A stretch of 53,968 nt of DNA, taken from Clostridia bacterium (GTDB lineage: Bacteria > Bacillota > Clostridia > Oscillospirales > Acutalibacteraceae). The stretch spans positions 1 through 53,968 of the forward strand of contig JAFSIN010000056.1 of the NCBI GenBank assembly GCA_017439765.1. The letters are read 5' to 3'. The position numbers were made by a program, and so were the translations under genes. The notes beneath the pieces are model-generated. The model made no database searches and was not told where the DNA came from. It was given only the letters and a program-made list of their open reading frames with translations. Shown one piece after another: positions 1-9,108 of this stretch; positions within the stretch are counted from its first letter, which is position 1, and every line of letters starts with the position of its first letter.

Positions 1-113
1 ATTGATTCACTGGAACCACAAATCCAGGCAACTAAATCAAATTGAAATAAGCCAACGCTGCCCCAGTTAAGTGAACCAATAATTATCAAAATAAGACAAA
101 TTCGGTCTAACAT
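1..113 (-). CDS. DUF378-family small membrane protein, N-terminal part only (gene runs off the left edge)
   Basis: Not in the ORF track because it lies at the window edge. Minus-strand ATG at 113-111 is preceded by GGAG. Translation MLDRICLILIIIGSLNWGSVGLFQFDLVAWICGSSESI has the LNWG-x-VG...FDLVA signature of DUF378 proteins. Confidence 0.6.
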   Translation of the reverse strand, partial: MLDRICLILIIIGSLNWGSVGLFQFDLVAWICGSSES

Positions 114-185
114 AATATCAACTCCTTTGTTTTTATTTTGAGCTAAACTTTAGATTTTATTCATTTTAAACAACTTTTTTAACGA

Positions 186-212
186 AAGGGCACCCCTGTT
201 GGAGTGCCCCTT
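186..212 (-). terminator. Intrinsic terminator downstream of the SASP gene
   Basis: Stem GGGCAC (188-193) / GTGCCC (204-209). On the minus strand it is followed by UUUCGUU. Confidence 0.55.
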
Positions 213-225
213 CTAAATATATCAA

Positions 226-411
226 CTATTTCATGCTGTTTTCGTAAGATTCAATCATTTTTTTAACCATTTGACCACCGATTGAACCAGCCTGTTTAGC
301 AGTTAGGTCTCCGTTATAACCTTGTTTAAGATTAACGCCAACTTCGTTAGCTGCTTCCATCTTAAAGCGGTTAAGAGCCTCTTTAGCCTCTGGAACTACG
401 TTCTTTGCCAT
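226..411 (-). CDS. Alpha/beta-type small acid-soluble spore protein (SASP)
   Basis: 61 aa. The sequence ...EALNRFKMEAANEVGVNL..GYNGDLTAKQAGSIGGQMVKKMIE is the classic alpha/beta SASP signature. AAGGAG SD upstream. Confidence 0.93.
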   Translation of the reverse strand: MAKNVVPEAKEALNRFKMEAANEVGVNLKQGYNGDLTAKQAGSIGGQMVKKMIESYENSMK

Positions 412-503
412 TTCTTTTCACTCCTTAAATGTTTTTTTGCGTTTGTAATTTTATTTTTAACGCTAAAAAACTAAATATTTAAGGAAAATTTAGTAAAAAA
501 ACA

Positions 504-549
504 TAAAAAAAGTATTCATTAAAACCTAAATTTTAATGAATACTTTTTT
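504..549 (-). terminator. Intrinsic terminator after the tRNA-His/tRNA-Gln operon
   Basis: Perfect 14-bp stem AGTATTCATTAAAA (511-524) / TTTTAATGAATACT (531-544), flanked by an A-run and a T-run. Confidence 0.8.
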
Positions 550-624
550 TGGCTGGGGTGGCAGGATTCGAACCTACGAATGCAGCAGTCAAAGTGCTGT
601 GTCTTACCGCTTGACGACACCCCA
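550..624 (-). tRNA. tRNA-Gln (anticodon UUG), CCA encoded
   Basis: Reverse complement TGGGGTGTCGTCAAGCGGTAAGACACAGCACTTTGACTGCTGCATTCGTAGGTTCGAATCCTGCCACCCCAGCCA folds as a cloverleaf. Anticodon loop is CTTTGAC. Confidence 0.93.
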
Positions 625-638
625 ATAAATTTTAAGTA

Positions 639-716
639 TGGGGTGGAAGATGGGACTCGAACCCACGGTCTCCAGTGCCACAAACTGGCGCTTTAACCAA
701 CTAAGCTACATCCACC
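639..716 (-). tRNA. tRNA-His (anticodon GUG) with the extra G-1, CCA encoded
   Basis: Reverse complement GGTGGATGTAGCTTAGTTGGTTAAAGCGCCAGTTTGTGGCACTGGAGACCGTGGGTTCGAGTCCCATCTTCCACCCCA. Anticodon loop TTGTGGC and T-loop GGTTCGAGTCC. Confidence 0.92.
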
Positions 717-728
717 GCATATGCAAGT

Positions 729-756
729 ATTATACCACAAATAGCGGTTTTGTCAA
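729..756 (-). promoter_or_regulatory. Sigma-A type promoter for the tRNA-His/Gln operon
   Basis: Minus strand reads TTGACA (756-751), 16-nt spacer ending in TGg, TATAAT (734-729), about 12 nt upstream of the tRNA-His 5' end. Confidence 0.7.
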
Positions 757-764
757 TATAAAAT

Positions 765-1808
765 TTAAAAAATATCTATTAAAAATTTTCCACAAAATTT
801 TTTATTATTAACACTTATTAAAAATACAATAACAGTTGCAGTAATTACTATTATAGAAACTATTGAATTTTTGCTTAAAATTATGTTTAAATTTCCTGAG
901 TTACTAATTGTTTCGATTGATACTGGCCAAATTTTAAGAGATATAAAAGTTAAAAATGCAGACAAAATACCGCTAATTATGCGTGAAATTATTATTTTAA
1001 TGATATTTGGATTTATTAAATAGGCTTGTGAAAACAGTTGTAAAATTACACAAATGCCACCAAAACCTAATAAAAACGATATTAGATATATATTTTTTAT
1101 ATTTATTGTAGCATTTGTAATTTCGGTAATGCTTATTATAACATTTTTAAAAAAATTGTTTAAACAGCTGCTGTTAATAATTCCAATAAGGGTTGAGGTT
1201 AAAATTACATATGAGCAGATATTTAAAACAGTGCTGCTTGCTACCGCCACAGAATCAACAAAACAATTTGATATATTATTATTTAATTTTTTATTATTTT
1301 TTGAAACAACAATTTTATTTTTTAAAAAAATAAATATAATTAAAGAGCTTAAAATATTTGATATATAAAAAATTAACCCTAATTTAAATGATTTAAAAAT
1401 GCCGCAACCTACCGTTAAAATTATAAATGAAGGACCACCACATACACAAGAATATAACAGATAGTTGGCGGTTGTTTTGTTAATATTTTTATTTTTATAT
1501 TCTTCGCTAATTATTTTTGCCCCTATTGGATACCCACCAATAATTGATATTATAAAAATGCTTAAAACAGTTTTGTAATGAGAAAATTTTTTAGGTATTG
1601 GCAAGATGTTTAAAAAATTTGTTTTATGTAAAAAAATTGAAATAACCGAAAAAGGAAATAAAGAGGGAATAAGCACACTGCCGCAAATAATCATACCTTC
1701 ATAAGCTGAATTTCTGGCAATTGCCGGATTTATTATTAAAAGAAAAGCAAAGCCAAAAATTAGAATTAAAAATAAAATTTCTTTAAATTTGTTTAAAAAA
1801 AATAACAT
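765..1808 (-). CDS. Polytopic membrane protein, probably sporulation integral membrane protein YlbJ-like (nucleoside-recognition/Gate-type)
   Basis: 347 aa, about 10 hydrophobic spans, sporulation-gene neighbourhood. The family assignment is from general resemblance only. Confidence 0.5.
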   Translation of the reverse strand: MLFFLNKFKEILFLILIFGFAFLLIINPAIARNSAYEGMIICGSVLIPSLFPFSVISIFLHKTNFLNILPIPKKFSHYKTVLSIFIISIIGGYPIGAKIISEEYKNKNINKTTANYLLYSCVCGGPSFIILTVGCGIFKSFKLGLIFYISNILSSLIIFIFLKNKIVVSKNNKKLNNNISNCFVDSVAVASSTVLNICSYVILTSTLIGIINSSCLNNFFKNVIISITEITNATINIKNIYLISFLLGFGGICVILQLFSQAYLINPNIIKIIISRIISGILSAFLTFISLKIWPVSIETISNSGNLNIILSKNSIVSIIVITATVIVFLISVNNKKFCGKFLIDIF

Positions 1809-1886
1809 TTTATCCCACCTTAAATTATATTATGAATTATTAATTTATATTTAACATAACTTTAATTAGAAAGTTTGGTGTTATTT

Positions 1887-2183
1887 ATGAAAAGAATTAA
1901 AACTAATTTAAAAAAGGCTAAAAATAAATTTAAATTGCTAAATTATTCTAACGATTTACCCGAGTTTTATGCCATGGGTTTGCCTAATATTAGCTTTTTT
2001 GGTAACAAACAAGTGCAAATTGAGGGTGTTGTTGGAATTATGGAGTATGATGAGAATTTTATTAAGGTAAGTGTAAAAAAAGGATATATTACCTTTTTAG
2101 GTTCTGATTTTAAAGTTACTAATTTTACTAAAAGTCAAATTACCGTTTTAGGTAAAATTAATTCAACTGAATTTTGTTTTTAG
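1887..2183 (+). CDS. yqfC: Sporulation protein YqfC
   Basis: About 98 aa. The ...ISFFGNKQVQIEGVVGIMEYDENFIKV...ITFLGSDFKV...ITVLGKI pattern matches the YqfC/YabP fold. It is followed by yqfD-phoH as in Bacillus. I prefer the ATG at 1887 (GGTG SD) over the track's TTG at 1875. Confidence 0.85.
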   Translation: MKRIKTNLKKAKNKFKLLNYSNDLPEFYAMGLPNISFFGNKQVQIEGVVGIMEYDENFIKVSVKKGYITFLGSDFKVTNFTKSQITVLGKINSTEFCF

Positions 2184-2191
2184 GGGTAAAT

Positions 2192-3361
2192 ATGCTTATT
2201 ATAAATTTATACAAATTTATTGTTGGTTATGTTGAAATTTGCATTTTAGGAGATTTTTGTGAAAAAATTATTAATTTGTTTTCGGTTAACAATATTAATT
2301 TTTGGAATATTAAAAAATATAAAAATAAGATAGAATTATGTATATTAATAAAAGATTTTAAAAAAATTAGAAAAATTAAAGGCAAAACAAAAGTTAAAAT
2401 TAAAATTATTAATAAATTTGGTCTGCCGTTTATTATAAAAAAATACATAAAAAGAATAGGTTTGGTTGTGGGGATAATTTTGTTTTTTATTATAATTAAC
2501 ACCTTAAGTTTGTTTTGTTGGAACGTTAGTGTAAGTGGCAATAAAAAAGTTAGCGAAAATGAAATTCTTTCGGCCTGCCAAGAGATTGGTATTAAAAACG
2601 GAATTAAACTAAAGGGTTTAAATATGCAACAAATCAGAGAAAAATTATTATTAAACTGTAGTGATTTATCATGGAGTTCGTTGAATATTGAAGGCTCTAA
2701 AATAACGGTAAATGTAACCGAAATTAATAAAGATAACAAAAAAAATATGCCTGCAAATATAATTGCTGATTATTCGGGCTCGGTAAAAGAAATTTATGTT
2801 GAAACAGGTTGTGCCGAAGTTAAAAAAGGCGATTCGTTTATTAAAGGCGACATTTTAGTAAGTGGAATTGAAAATTATGGCAGTAATAATAAATTTGTGG
2901 AAGCCAAAGCTCACATTTTGGCCGAAATTTCTGATGTTATTGAAGTTAAAGGTGATTTTTCCCGGGAAAACAAATATTTAAACGGAAATAAATTAAATAA
3001 ATATGTTTTAGAAGTTTTTAATGTTAAAATTCCGTTATATTTAGGTCAGGTAAAAGGCGAATATATTACAGAAGCCGATTATAAAAATTTATATTTATTC
3101 GGAGAAAAAATGCCAATAAAATTATATAAAAAAATATTTTATTTTTTAAATAAAGAAAATATTGTTTTTACACGAGAAGAATTATTGAGTGAATTAACAA
3201 ATAAAATTGATGAAAATTTTAATGCAATTGAAGCTCAAGACAAACAAATTGTCTCAAGAGAAATTAACGAAACAAATAATGAAATTATTTTAAAATATCA
3301 TATTAAATATGTAAAAAATGTGGGAGTTAAAGAAAATTTGTTATTTGATGTTTCAAATTAA
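2192..3361 (+). CDS. yqfD: Sporulation protein YqfD (stage IV-like)
   Basis: About 389 aa with a central TM segment. Conserved position after yqfC. ATG at 2192 with AGGGGT SD; the track start at 2174 overlaps the yqfC end. Confidence 0.85.
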   Translation: MLIINLYKFIVGYVEICILGDFCEKIINLFSVNNINFWNIKKYKNKIELCILIKDFKKIRKIKGKTKVKIKIINKFGLPFIIKKYIKRIGLVVGIILFFIIINTLSLFCWNVSVSGNKKVSENEILSACQEIGIKNGIKLKGLNMQQIREKLLLNCSDLSWSSLNIEGSKITVNVTEINKDNKKNMPANIIADYSGSVKEIYVETGCAEVKKGDSFIKGDILVSGIENYGSNNKFVEAKAHILAEISDVIEVKGDFSRENKYLNGNKLNKYVLEVFNVKIPLYLGQVKGEYITEADYKNLYLFGEKMPIKLYKKIFYFLNKENIVFTREELLSELTNKIDENFNAIEAQDKQIVSREINETNNEIILKYHIKYVKNVGVKENLLFDVSN

Positions 3362-3383
3362 TACTAAGTATGATATAATAATT

Positions 3384-4382
3384 ATGTATATTTATATTTG
3401 GAGAGTGAAAAAGACGGAAAAGAATATTAAAATCAACAATATTGAACACATTGCAGCGCTTTTTGGTAATTACGATGAAAACATTCATATTCTTGAAAAA
3501 CACTACAATGTGTTAATTACTGCCCATTCCGATTATATTAAAATTTTTGGCGATGATAACGCTGTAGATTTAGTGTCAGAAGTTATTGATGTTTTAAGTT
3601 CACTTGTTAATAAAGGAGAAATTATTACTAAACAAAATATAGAATATATTATGAATTTAGCCGATGACGGTAATATAACCGCTGCAAACCAATTAAAAAA
3701 TATGCAATGCATTGCCGTTACCACAAGGGGTAAACCGGTTAAACCAAAAACAATTGGTCAACAAAAATATGTTCAGGCTATAAAAAACAATACTATTACC
3801 ATTGGTATTGGCCCTGCAGGAACCGGTAAAACCTATTTAGCAGTGGCAATGGCGGTTGCTGCTTTTAGGTCTAAACAAATCAATAGAATAATTTTAACAC
3901 GACCCGCAGTAGAAGCAGGCGAGAGCCTTGGCTTTTTACCGGGCGATTTACAACAAAAAGTTGACCCATATTTAAGGCCTCTTTACGATGCTTTGTACGA
4001 AATGATGGGAGCCGATATGTTTTTGCGGTGCCAAGAACGAGGCGATATTGAGGTAGCGCCACTGGCATATATGCGCGGTCGTACTTTAGATGACAGCTTT
4101 ATTATTTTAGATGAAGCTCAAAACACCACGTGCGAACAAATGAAAATGTTTTTAACCCGTTTGGGAAACGGCTCGAAAATTGTCGTAACCGGTGATATTA
4201 CGCAAATTGATTTACCAAGCGGTAAAAAATCAGGCTTAAAAGAGGCTGTGTCTGTCCTTAAAAACATTGAAGATATTGCAATAATTAAATTATCGGGCCG
4301 AGATGTTGTTAGGCATAAATTGGTACAAGCTATTATAAATGCCTATGAAAAACGCGAAGAAAGAGGAAATAAGAATGTTTAA
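3384..4382 (+). CDS. phoH: PhoH-family ATPase (PhoH/YbeZ)
   Basis: Walker A GPAGTGKT, Walker B IILDEAQN, and the ITGDITQIDLP motif. The start is uncertain: ATG 3384 or GVG 3405, neither with an ideal SD. Confidence 0.9.
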   Translation: MYIYIWRVKKTEKNIKINNIEHIAALFGNYDENIHILEKHYNVLITAHSDYIKIFGDDNAVDLVSEVIDVLSSLVNKGEIITKQNIEYIMNLADDGNITAANQLKNMQCIAVTTRGKPVKPKTIGQQKYVQAIKNNTITIGIGPAGTGKTYLAVAMAVAAFRSKQINRIILTRPAVEAGESLGFLPGDLQQKVDPYLRPLYDALYEMMGADMFLRCQERGDIEVAPLAYMRGRTLDDSFIILDEAQNTTCEQMKMFLTRLGNGSKIVVTGDITQIDLPSGKKSGLKEAVSVLKNIEDIAIIKLSGRDVVRHKLVQAIINAYEKREERGNKNV

Positions 4383-4860
4383 GGTTAAGGTAAATATTGC
4401 CGATAGGCAAAAATCTGTTAAACTTCCAACAGGTATTAGGCTTTTGGTTAGAAAATCTTGTATAGCAACCCTAAAGCAAGAAAATTTTAATGCTAACTGT
4501 GAAGTTAATGTTACATTTGTTAATGATGATACAATTAAACAAATGAACACAGAGTTTCGTAATGTTGAAAACTCCACCGATGTTTTATCATTCCCCTTAG
4601 GCGATAATGGAGTTTTTGATATTAACCCGGAAACTAATAATAAAATGTTAGGCGATATTGTTATATCGACCGAACACGCCTTTGCTCAGGCTGATTTATA
4701 TGGCCACGGCATAGAGCGAGAAATTGCTTTTTTAACGGTGCATTCAATGCTGCATTTGTTAGGTTATGACCATGTTGCAGGCGGAATTCAAGCCGTTAAA
4801 ATGCGCGAAAAAGAAGAAACAATTTTATCACGTTTAGGTCTTTCTGTAGTAAAGGAATAG
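4375..4860 (+). CDS. ybeY: Endoribonuclease YbeY (rRNA maturation factor)
   Basis: HSMLHLLGYDH zinc motif. ATG 4375 with AGAGGAAA SD overlaps the phoH stop by 8 nt. The track start at 4339 is probably too far upstream. Confidence 0.92.
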   Translation: MFKVKVNIADRQKSVKLPTGIRLLVRKSCIATLKQENFNANCEVNVTFVNDDTIKQMNTEFRNVENSTDVLSFPLGDNGVFDINPETNNKMLGDIVISTEHAFAQADLYGHGIEREIAFLTVHSMLHLLGYDHVAGGIQAVKMREKEETILSRLGLSVVKE

Positions 4861-4867
4861 GTGAAAT

Positions 4868-5788
4868 ATGGAAACAAAATCGGCATTTATTAGTATTATT
4901 GGCCGCGCTAATGTTGGAAAATCTTCTTTTTTAAACAAAGCTTTAGGTCAAAAAGTTTCAATTGTGTCTAACAAACCCCAAACAACGCGCACAAAAATTA
5001 TGGGTGTTAAAACAATAGGTAATTCTCAATTAGTTTTTATTGATACTCCGGGTTTTCACAAACCTAAAAATATTTTGGGCGAAAAAATGATTAAGGCCGT
5101 TTCTGAGGGTATTACCGGTATTGATGCAGCATTGCTTATTGTTGAGGCTGTGCCTCGCTTTAAGTTCGATTCCAATAACTTACCACAGGCCGAGTTAGAA
5201 TTAATTGAAACCCTAAAAAAACAAAAAATTCCCACAGTTTTGGGAATTAATAAAATTGATTTGCTTGAAAATAAAGAAGAATTATTAACTATGATTAATG
5301 CCTATGCTCAAAAATTTGATTTTTCTGCAATAGTTCCGTTTTCGGCTAAAAGCGGGAATGGAGTAGACATTATTATTAATGAAGCATTGAAATTCACAAC
5401 ACCATCTGCTCATTTTTTTGCTGCCGATGATATTACCGACCAGCCGGATTCTGTTATGGTTGCCGAGCTTATTAGAGAAAAATTATTAAGAACTCTTTCA
5501 AGCGAAGTTCCACACGGCATTGCCGTTACAATAGACCGCTTTTTTGAACGCGATAATAAACAAAACGAGCCTATTTTAGAGGTTGAAGCTACCATTTTTT
5601 GTGAAAAAGACTCACATAAAGGCATTATTATAGGTAAAAACGGAGTAATGCTTAAAAATATTGGCACCAAGGCCAGAATTGATATTGAAAAATTTTTCGG
5701 AATTAAAACAAATTTAAAACTTTGGGTTAAGGTTAAAGAAGATTGGCGCAACAGACAATCTATTATACATACTTTAGGGTTAGATTAG
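4868..5788 (+). CDS. era: GTPase Era
   Basis: G1 GRANVGKSS, G3 DTPG, G4 NKID, C-terminal KH domain. Conserved ybeY-era-recO order. Confidence 0.95.
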   Translation: METKSAFISIIGRANVGKSSFLNKALGQKVSIVSNKPQTTRTKIMGVKTIGNSQLVFIDTPGFHKPKNILGEKMIKAVSEGITGIDAALLIVEAVPRFKFDSNNLPQAELELIETLKKQKIPTVLGINKIDLLENKEELLTMINAYAQKFDFSAIVPFSAKSGNGVDIIINEALKFTTPSAHFFAADDITDQPDSVMVAELIREKLLRTLSSEVPHGIAVTIDRFFERDNKQNEPILEVEATIFCEKDSHKGIIIGKNGVMLKNIGTKARIDIEKFFGIKTNLKLWVKVKEDWRNRQSIIHTLGLD

Positions 5789-5857
5789 TTAATTTTTCCT
5801 TAAATATATAATTGTTGTTAGGTTAAATTATTTATATAATCTTTGGAGGTATAAATA

Positions 5858-6010
5858 ATGAACCTTACAGAAGCTTGGAATAAATTTATTAACGATGGAA
5901 AAATTGCCAGTTATTTAGAATACAGTAATATTAAAAATAATTCGGAGGTAAAAAATGCAAATTTCAACTCCGGCACTGATAATAAAGGTAATGGATATGC
6001 GGGAAAATGA
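5858..6010 (+). CDS. YqzL-like small protein (50 aa), overlaps the recO start
   Basis: Below the ORF-track cutoff. GGAGGT SD lies 7 nt upstream of ATG 5858. MNLTEAWNKFINDGKIASYLEYSNIKNN resembles the W..F...G.I..YL.Y motif of YqzL, which sits between era and recO in B. subtilis. Confidence 0.5.
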   Translation: MNLTEAWNKFINDGKIASYLEYSNIKNNSEVKNANFNSGTDNKGNGYAGK

Positions 6011-6692
6011 CCGTTTAGTTACCTTATTAACTAAAAATTTAGGTGTTGTAAAAGCGTTTGTGTCGGGCGCCAAAAAGGTTGGCCACAAAAATCATTCTGC
6101 TACCAGCCTTTTTTGCTATTCCGATTTTTTGCTTACTCGCACAGGTAATACATATAAAGTAAAAGATGCATCATTAATTAACAGTTTTTTTAATTTATCT
6201 TCTAACATTGAAAATTTAGCTTTAGCGCAATATTTTTGCGAACTTACCGCTACACTTTCACCCGAAGAAACTCCTGCCGATGAGCAATTAAGACTGGTTT
6301 TAAACACACTTAATTTTTTATGCAAAGGGAATATTGATAACACTATTTTAAAATCTATTTTCGAAATGCGCACCATGGTTATTACGGGGTATATGCCAAA
6401 TTTATTAGCCTGTAGTGAATGCGGAAAATTTGATGATGAAATTATGTCTTTTTCTATAGAAAACGGCGAAATTTGTTGTAAAGGTTGCAAATCTGTAAAT
6501 TCAAATTATTTATTAAATAAAACATTACTATCTGCGTTAAGGCATATTGTTTATTCCGATTTTAATAAACTTTTTAATTTTCGGGTTCCACCTGAGAGTG
6601 CAAAGCAATTAAATAAAATTACAGAAAATTATTTAATTTATCAAACCGACCGCCAATATAATACATTAAATTTTTATAAAAGCATTATTTAG
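5955..6692 (+). CDS. recO: DNA repair protein RecO
   Basis: 245 aa. The N-terminal OB-fold region aligns with RecO (..ALIIKVMDMRENDRLVTLLT..). C-x2-C...C-x2-C zinc motif CSECGK...CCKGC. GGAGGT SD. Confidence 0.92.
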   Translation: MQISTPALIIKVMDMRENDRLVTLLTKNLGVVKAFVSGAKKVGHKNHSATSLFCYSDFLLTRTGNTYKVKDASLINSFFNLSSNIENLALAQYFCELTATLSPEETPADEQLRLVLNTLNFLCKGNIDNTILKSIFEMRTMVITGYMPNLLACSECGKFDDEIMSFSIENGEICCKGCKSVNSNYLLNKTLLSALRHIVYSDFNKLFNFRVPPESAKQLNKITENYLIYQTDRQYNTLNFYKSII

Positions 6693-6700
6693 GAGAAAAT

Positions 6701-9082
6701 ATGACAGAAAATTTTCAAAAATATTATACCACATTAGAATTAGACAAGGTTTTAGATATGCTTGCAAACGAAGTTTCACTACCCGATGCCGCAAGCCTTG
6801 CAAAAACCTTAAAACCAAATTTTAACCAAAATAATGTTATTAAAAGCTTGGAGCAAACATATGCTGCATATAAAATGTTGGGCATTAGCGTAATGCCATC
6901 TTTTTTGGTTTCGGGCAATTGTGTGGAGCCTTTAAAACGTGCTGTTTTGGGTGCTGTTTTAAACCCTATGGAACTATTAAGAATTGCCGAAACCTTAAGG
7001 GTTATTAGGCGAATAAAGGTTTGGCGTGAAAATGTTAAAATAAATGAAAAAACCTGTTTAGATGGTTATTTTAATAATTTAATACCCAACAAGTTTTTTG
7101 AAGACACTGTATTTTCTTGTATTAATAATGACGAATCTATTAACGATAATGCTTCGCCCGAATTGTTTAACCTTAGGCGTAAAATTAATGCGGCTTCTAA
7201 TAACATTAGGGAAAAGTTAGATAAAATTGTGCACGGAAATCAATCTAAATTTTTGCAAGAAAGCATTATAACCCAACGCGACGGCAGGTTTGTTGTTCCC
7301 GTTAAAAGCGAATACAGGTCGAATTTGCCCGGCATTGTGCATGATACTTCGGCTTCTGGGGCTACCTTGTTTATTGAACCAATGGCTGTTGTAGAAATTA
7401 ATAATGACATTAGGGTTTTAATGGCTAAAGAACGCGAAGAAATTGAAAGAATTTTAACCGATTTATCTCTTAAAGCGGCTACCTTTGCCGATAGTATTAT
7501 TAATTCATATAACTTAATTGTTAAATTAGCGTTAATTTTCGGCAAAGCTTCATTAGCATATAAAATGAATGCTGTTTTACCTAATATTAATACAAACGGC
7601 AGGGTAGTGCTAAATAAGGCACGCCACCCACTGCTTAATCAAAAAACTGTTGTTCCCATTAGCCTAACCCTTGGCAAAACCTACAACAGTCTAATAATTA
7701 CAGGGCCTAACACAGGTGGTAAAACCGTAACATTAAAAACTGTTGGTTTGTTAACCTTAATGGCAATGTGCGGTTTAATGATACCGGCCGACAGTGGCAC
7801 CGAAATTGCTGTCTTCGATAAAATTTTAGTAGACATTGGCGACGAACAAAGTATTGAACAATCGCTTTCCACCTTTTCTTCGCATATGGTCAATATTATT
7901 TCAATTATAAATGCCGCAACCTCGAATAGCCTTGTTTTAATTGACGAATTAGGCTCGGGTACCGACCCAATAGAAGGCGCTGCACTTGCAAAATCAATTT
8001 TAATTTATTTAGCCAATAAAAACTGCAAAACGGTTGCTACCACACATTATGCCGAGCTTAAAACATATGCTCTTGAAACTAATGGTGTAGAAAACGCAAG
8101 TTGTGAATTTGATATTGAACAATTAAAACCTACATATAGGTTGAATATTGGTGTTCCTGGCAGGTCTAATGCATTTGCAATTTCTGAAAAATTGGGCCTT
8201 AATAACCAAATTATTAAAGATGCCCAAGGCTTTATTAATAAAAGAGATGTTAAATTTGAAAGCATTATTGATGCCTTAGAAAAAGAAAGAATTAAAACTG
8301 CAAAAAAAGGTCTGGAAATTGAAGAAATTAAAACAGCCCTGCTTAAAGAAAAGCAAGAGCTGGAATTAAAATTAAATAATGCGCAAAAAAATTACGATGC
8401 AGTTTTAGAAAAGGCAAAATACGATGCCATGCGCATTATAGATAACGCAAAATATAAATCGGATAATATGCTTAATGAATTAGATGAGATTAAAAAACAA
8501 TTCACATCTCAAAATGCTTTCGAAAAATATAAGTCAGCCAAAAGTATTGTTAAAAATGCCATTAATGCCATGCACGATGACGCTAACCCCGTTAACGAAA
8601 ATTCAAAAGGCAATTATGTTTTACCACGCGAATTAATAGTGGGCGATAATGTTAAAATTATTGATATTTCTAAAAACGGCACTGTTGAAGAGGTTTCTTT
8701 AAAAAATAAAAAGGCCTTAATTGCAGCGGGAAATCTTAAAATGTGGGTTAGTTTTGAAAACTTAATGTTATTAAATAATACACCACAAAAAAGCCAAAAG
8801 GGCAAGACATTAAAGGTTCCATCAAAATTAGAGCGTTCTGCTACCACCGAACTCGATTTAAGGGGAATGGCAAGTGATGAAGCCATTATTGAGTTGGATA
8901 GATTTATTAATAATGCAATAATGTGTAATATTGGCAGTTTTACAATTATACATGGCAAAGGTACAGGTGTTTTAAGAGCCGCAGTTCATAAATATTTAAA
9001 AACCAATAAATATATTAAAACTTTTAGATTAGGACTTTTCGGAGAAGGCGAGAACGGCGTTACCATTGCAGAAATAAAATAA
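6701..9082 (+). CDS. mutS2: Endonuclease MutS2
   Basis: 793 aa. Walker A GPNTGGKT, MutS domain V, C-terminal Smr domain (DLRG...HGKGTGVLR). Confidence 0.95.
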   Translation: MTENFQKYYTTLELDKVLDMLANEVSLPDAASLAKTLKPNFNQNNVIKSLEQTYAAYKMLGISVMPSFLVSGNCVEPLKRAVLGAVLNPMELLRIAETLRVIRRIKVWRENVKINEKTCLDGYFNNLIPNKFFEDTVFSCINNDESINDNASPELFNLRRKINAASNNIREKLDKIVHGNQSKFLQESIITQRDGRFVVPVKSEYRSNLPGIVHDTSASGATLFIEPMAVVEINNDIRVLMAKEREEIERILTDLSLKAATFADSIINSYNLIVKLALIFGKASLAYKMNAVLPNINTNGRVVLNKARHPLLNQKTVVPISLTLGKTYNSLIITGPNTGGKTVTLKTVGLLTLMAMCGLMIPADSGTEIAVFDKILVDIGDEQSIEQSLSTFSSHMVNIISIINAATSNSLVLIDELGSGTDPIEGAALAKSILIYLANKNCKTVATTHYAELKTYALETNGVENASCEFDIEQLKPTYRLNIGVPGRSNAFAISEKLGLNNQIIKDAQGFINKRDVKFESIIDALEKERIKTAKKGLEIEEIKTALLKEKQELELKLNNAQKNYDAVLEKAKYDAMRIIDNAKYKSDNMLNELDEIKKQFTSQNAFEKYKSAKSIVKNAINAMHDDANPVNENSKGNYVLPRELIVGDNVKIIDISKNGTVEEVSLKNKKALIAAGNLKMWVSFENLMLLNNTPQKSQKGKTLKVPSKLERSATTELDLRGMASDEAIIELDRFINNAIMCNIGSFTIIHGKGTGVLRAAVHKYLKTNKYIKTFRLGLFGEGENGVTIAEIK

Positions 9083-9108
9083 AAGGCGGCTTTATGCCGC
9101 CTTTTTTA
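9083..9108. terminator. Bidirectional terminator between convergent mutS2 and the SDR gene
   Basis: GGCGGC (9085-9090) / GCCGCC (9096-9101) with an A-run upstream and a T-run downstream. Confidence 0.8.

Noticed and set aside
412-500. Sigma-G/sigma-F promoter expected upstream of the SASP gene.
   Set aside because: I could not find a convincing GnATA, 17-18 nt, CAT--TA pair. The promoter is left uncalled rather than forced.
3318-3383. N-terminal extensions in the ORF track for phoH (3318), ybeY (4339), xerD (10851), ecfT (21057), cvpA (23954), spoIVA (37886), the recombinase (40430), the ABC ATPase (44189), the BMP lipoprotein (45510) and DAHP synthase (48164).
   Set aside because: The longest-ORF starts lack SDs or run into the upstream gene. 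Internal starts with good SDs and family-typical N-termini were preferred. The phoH start remains uncertain.
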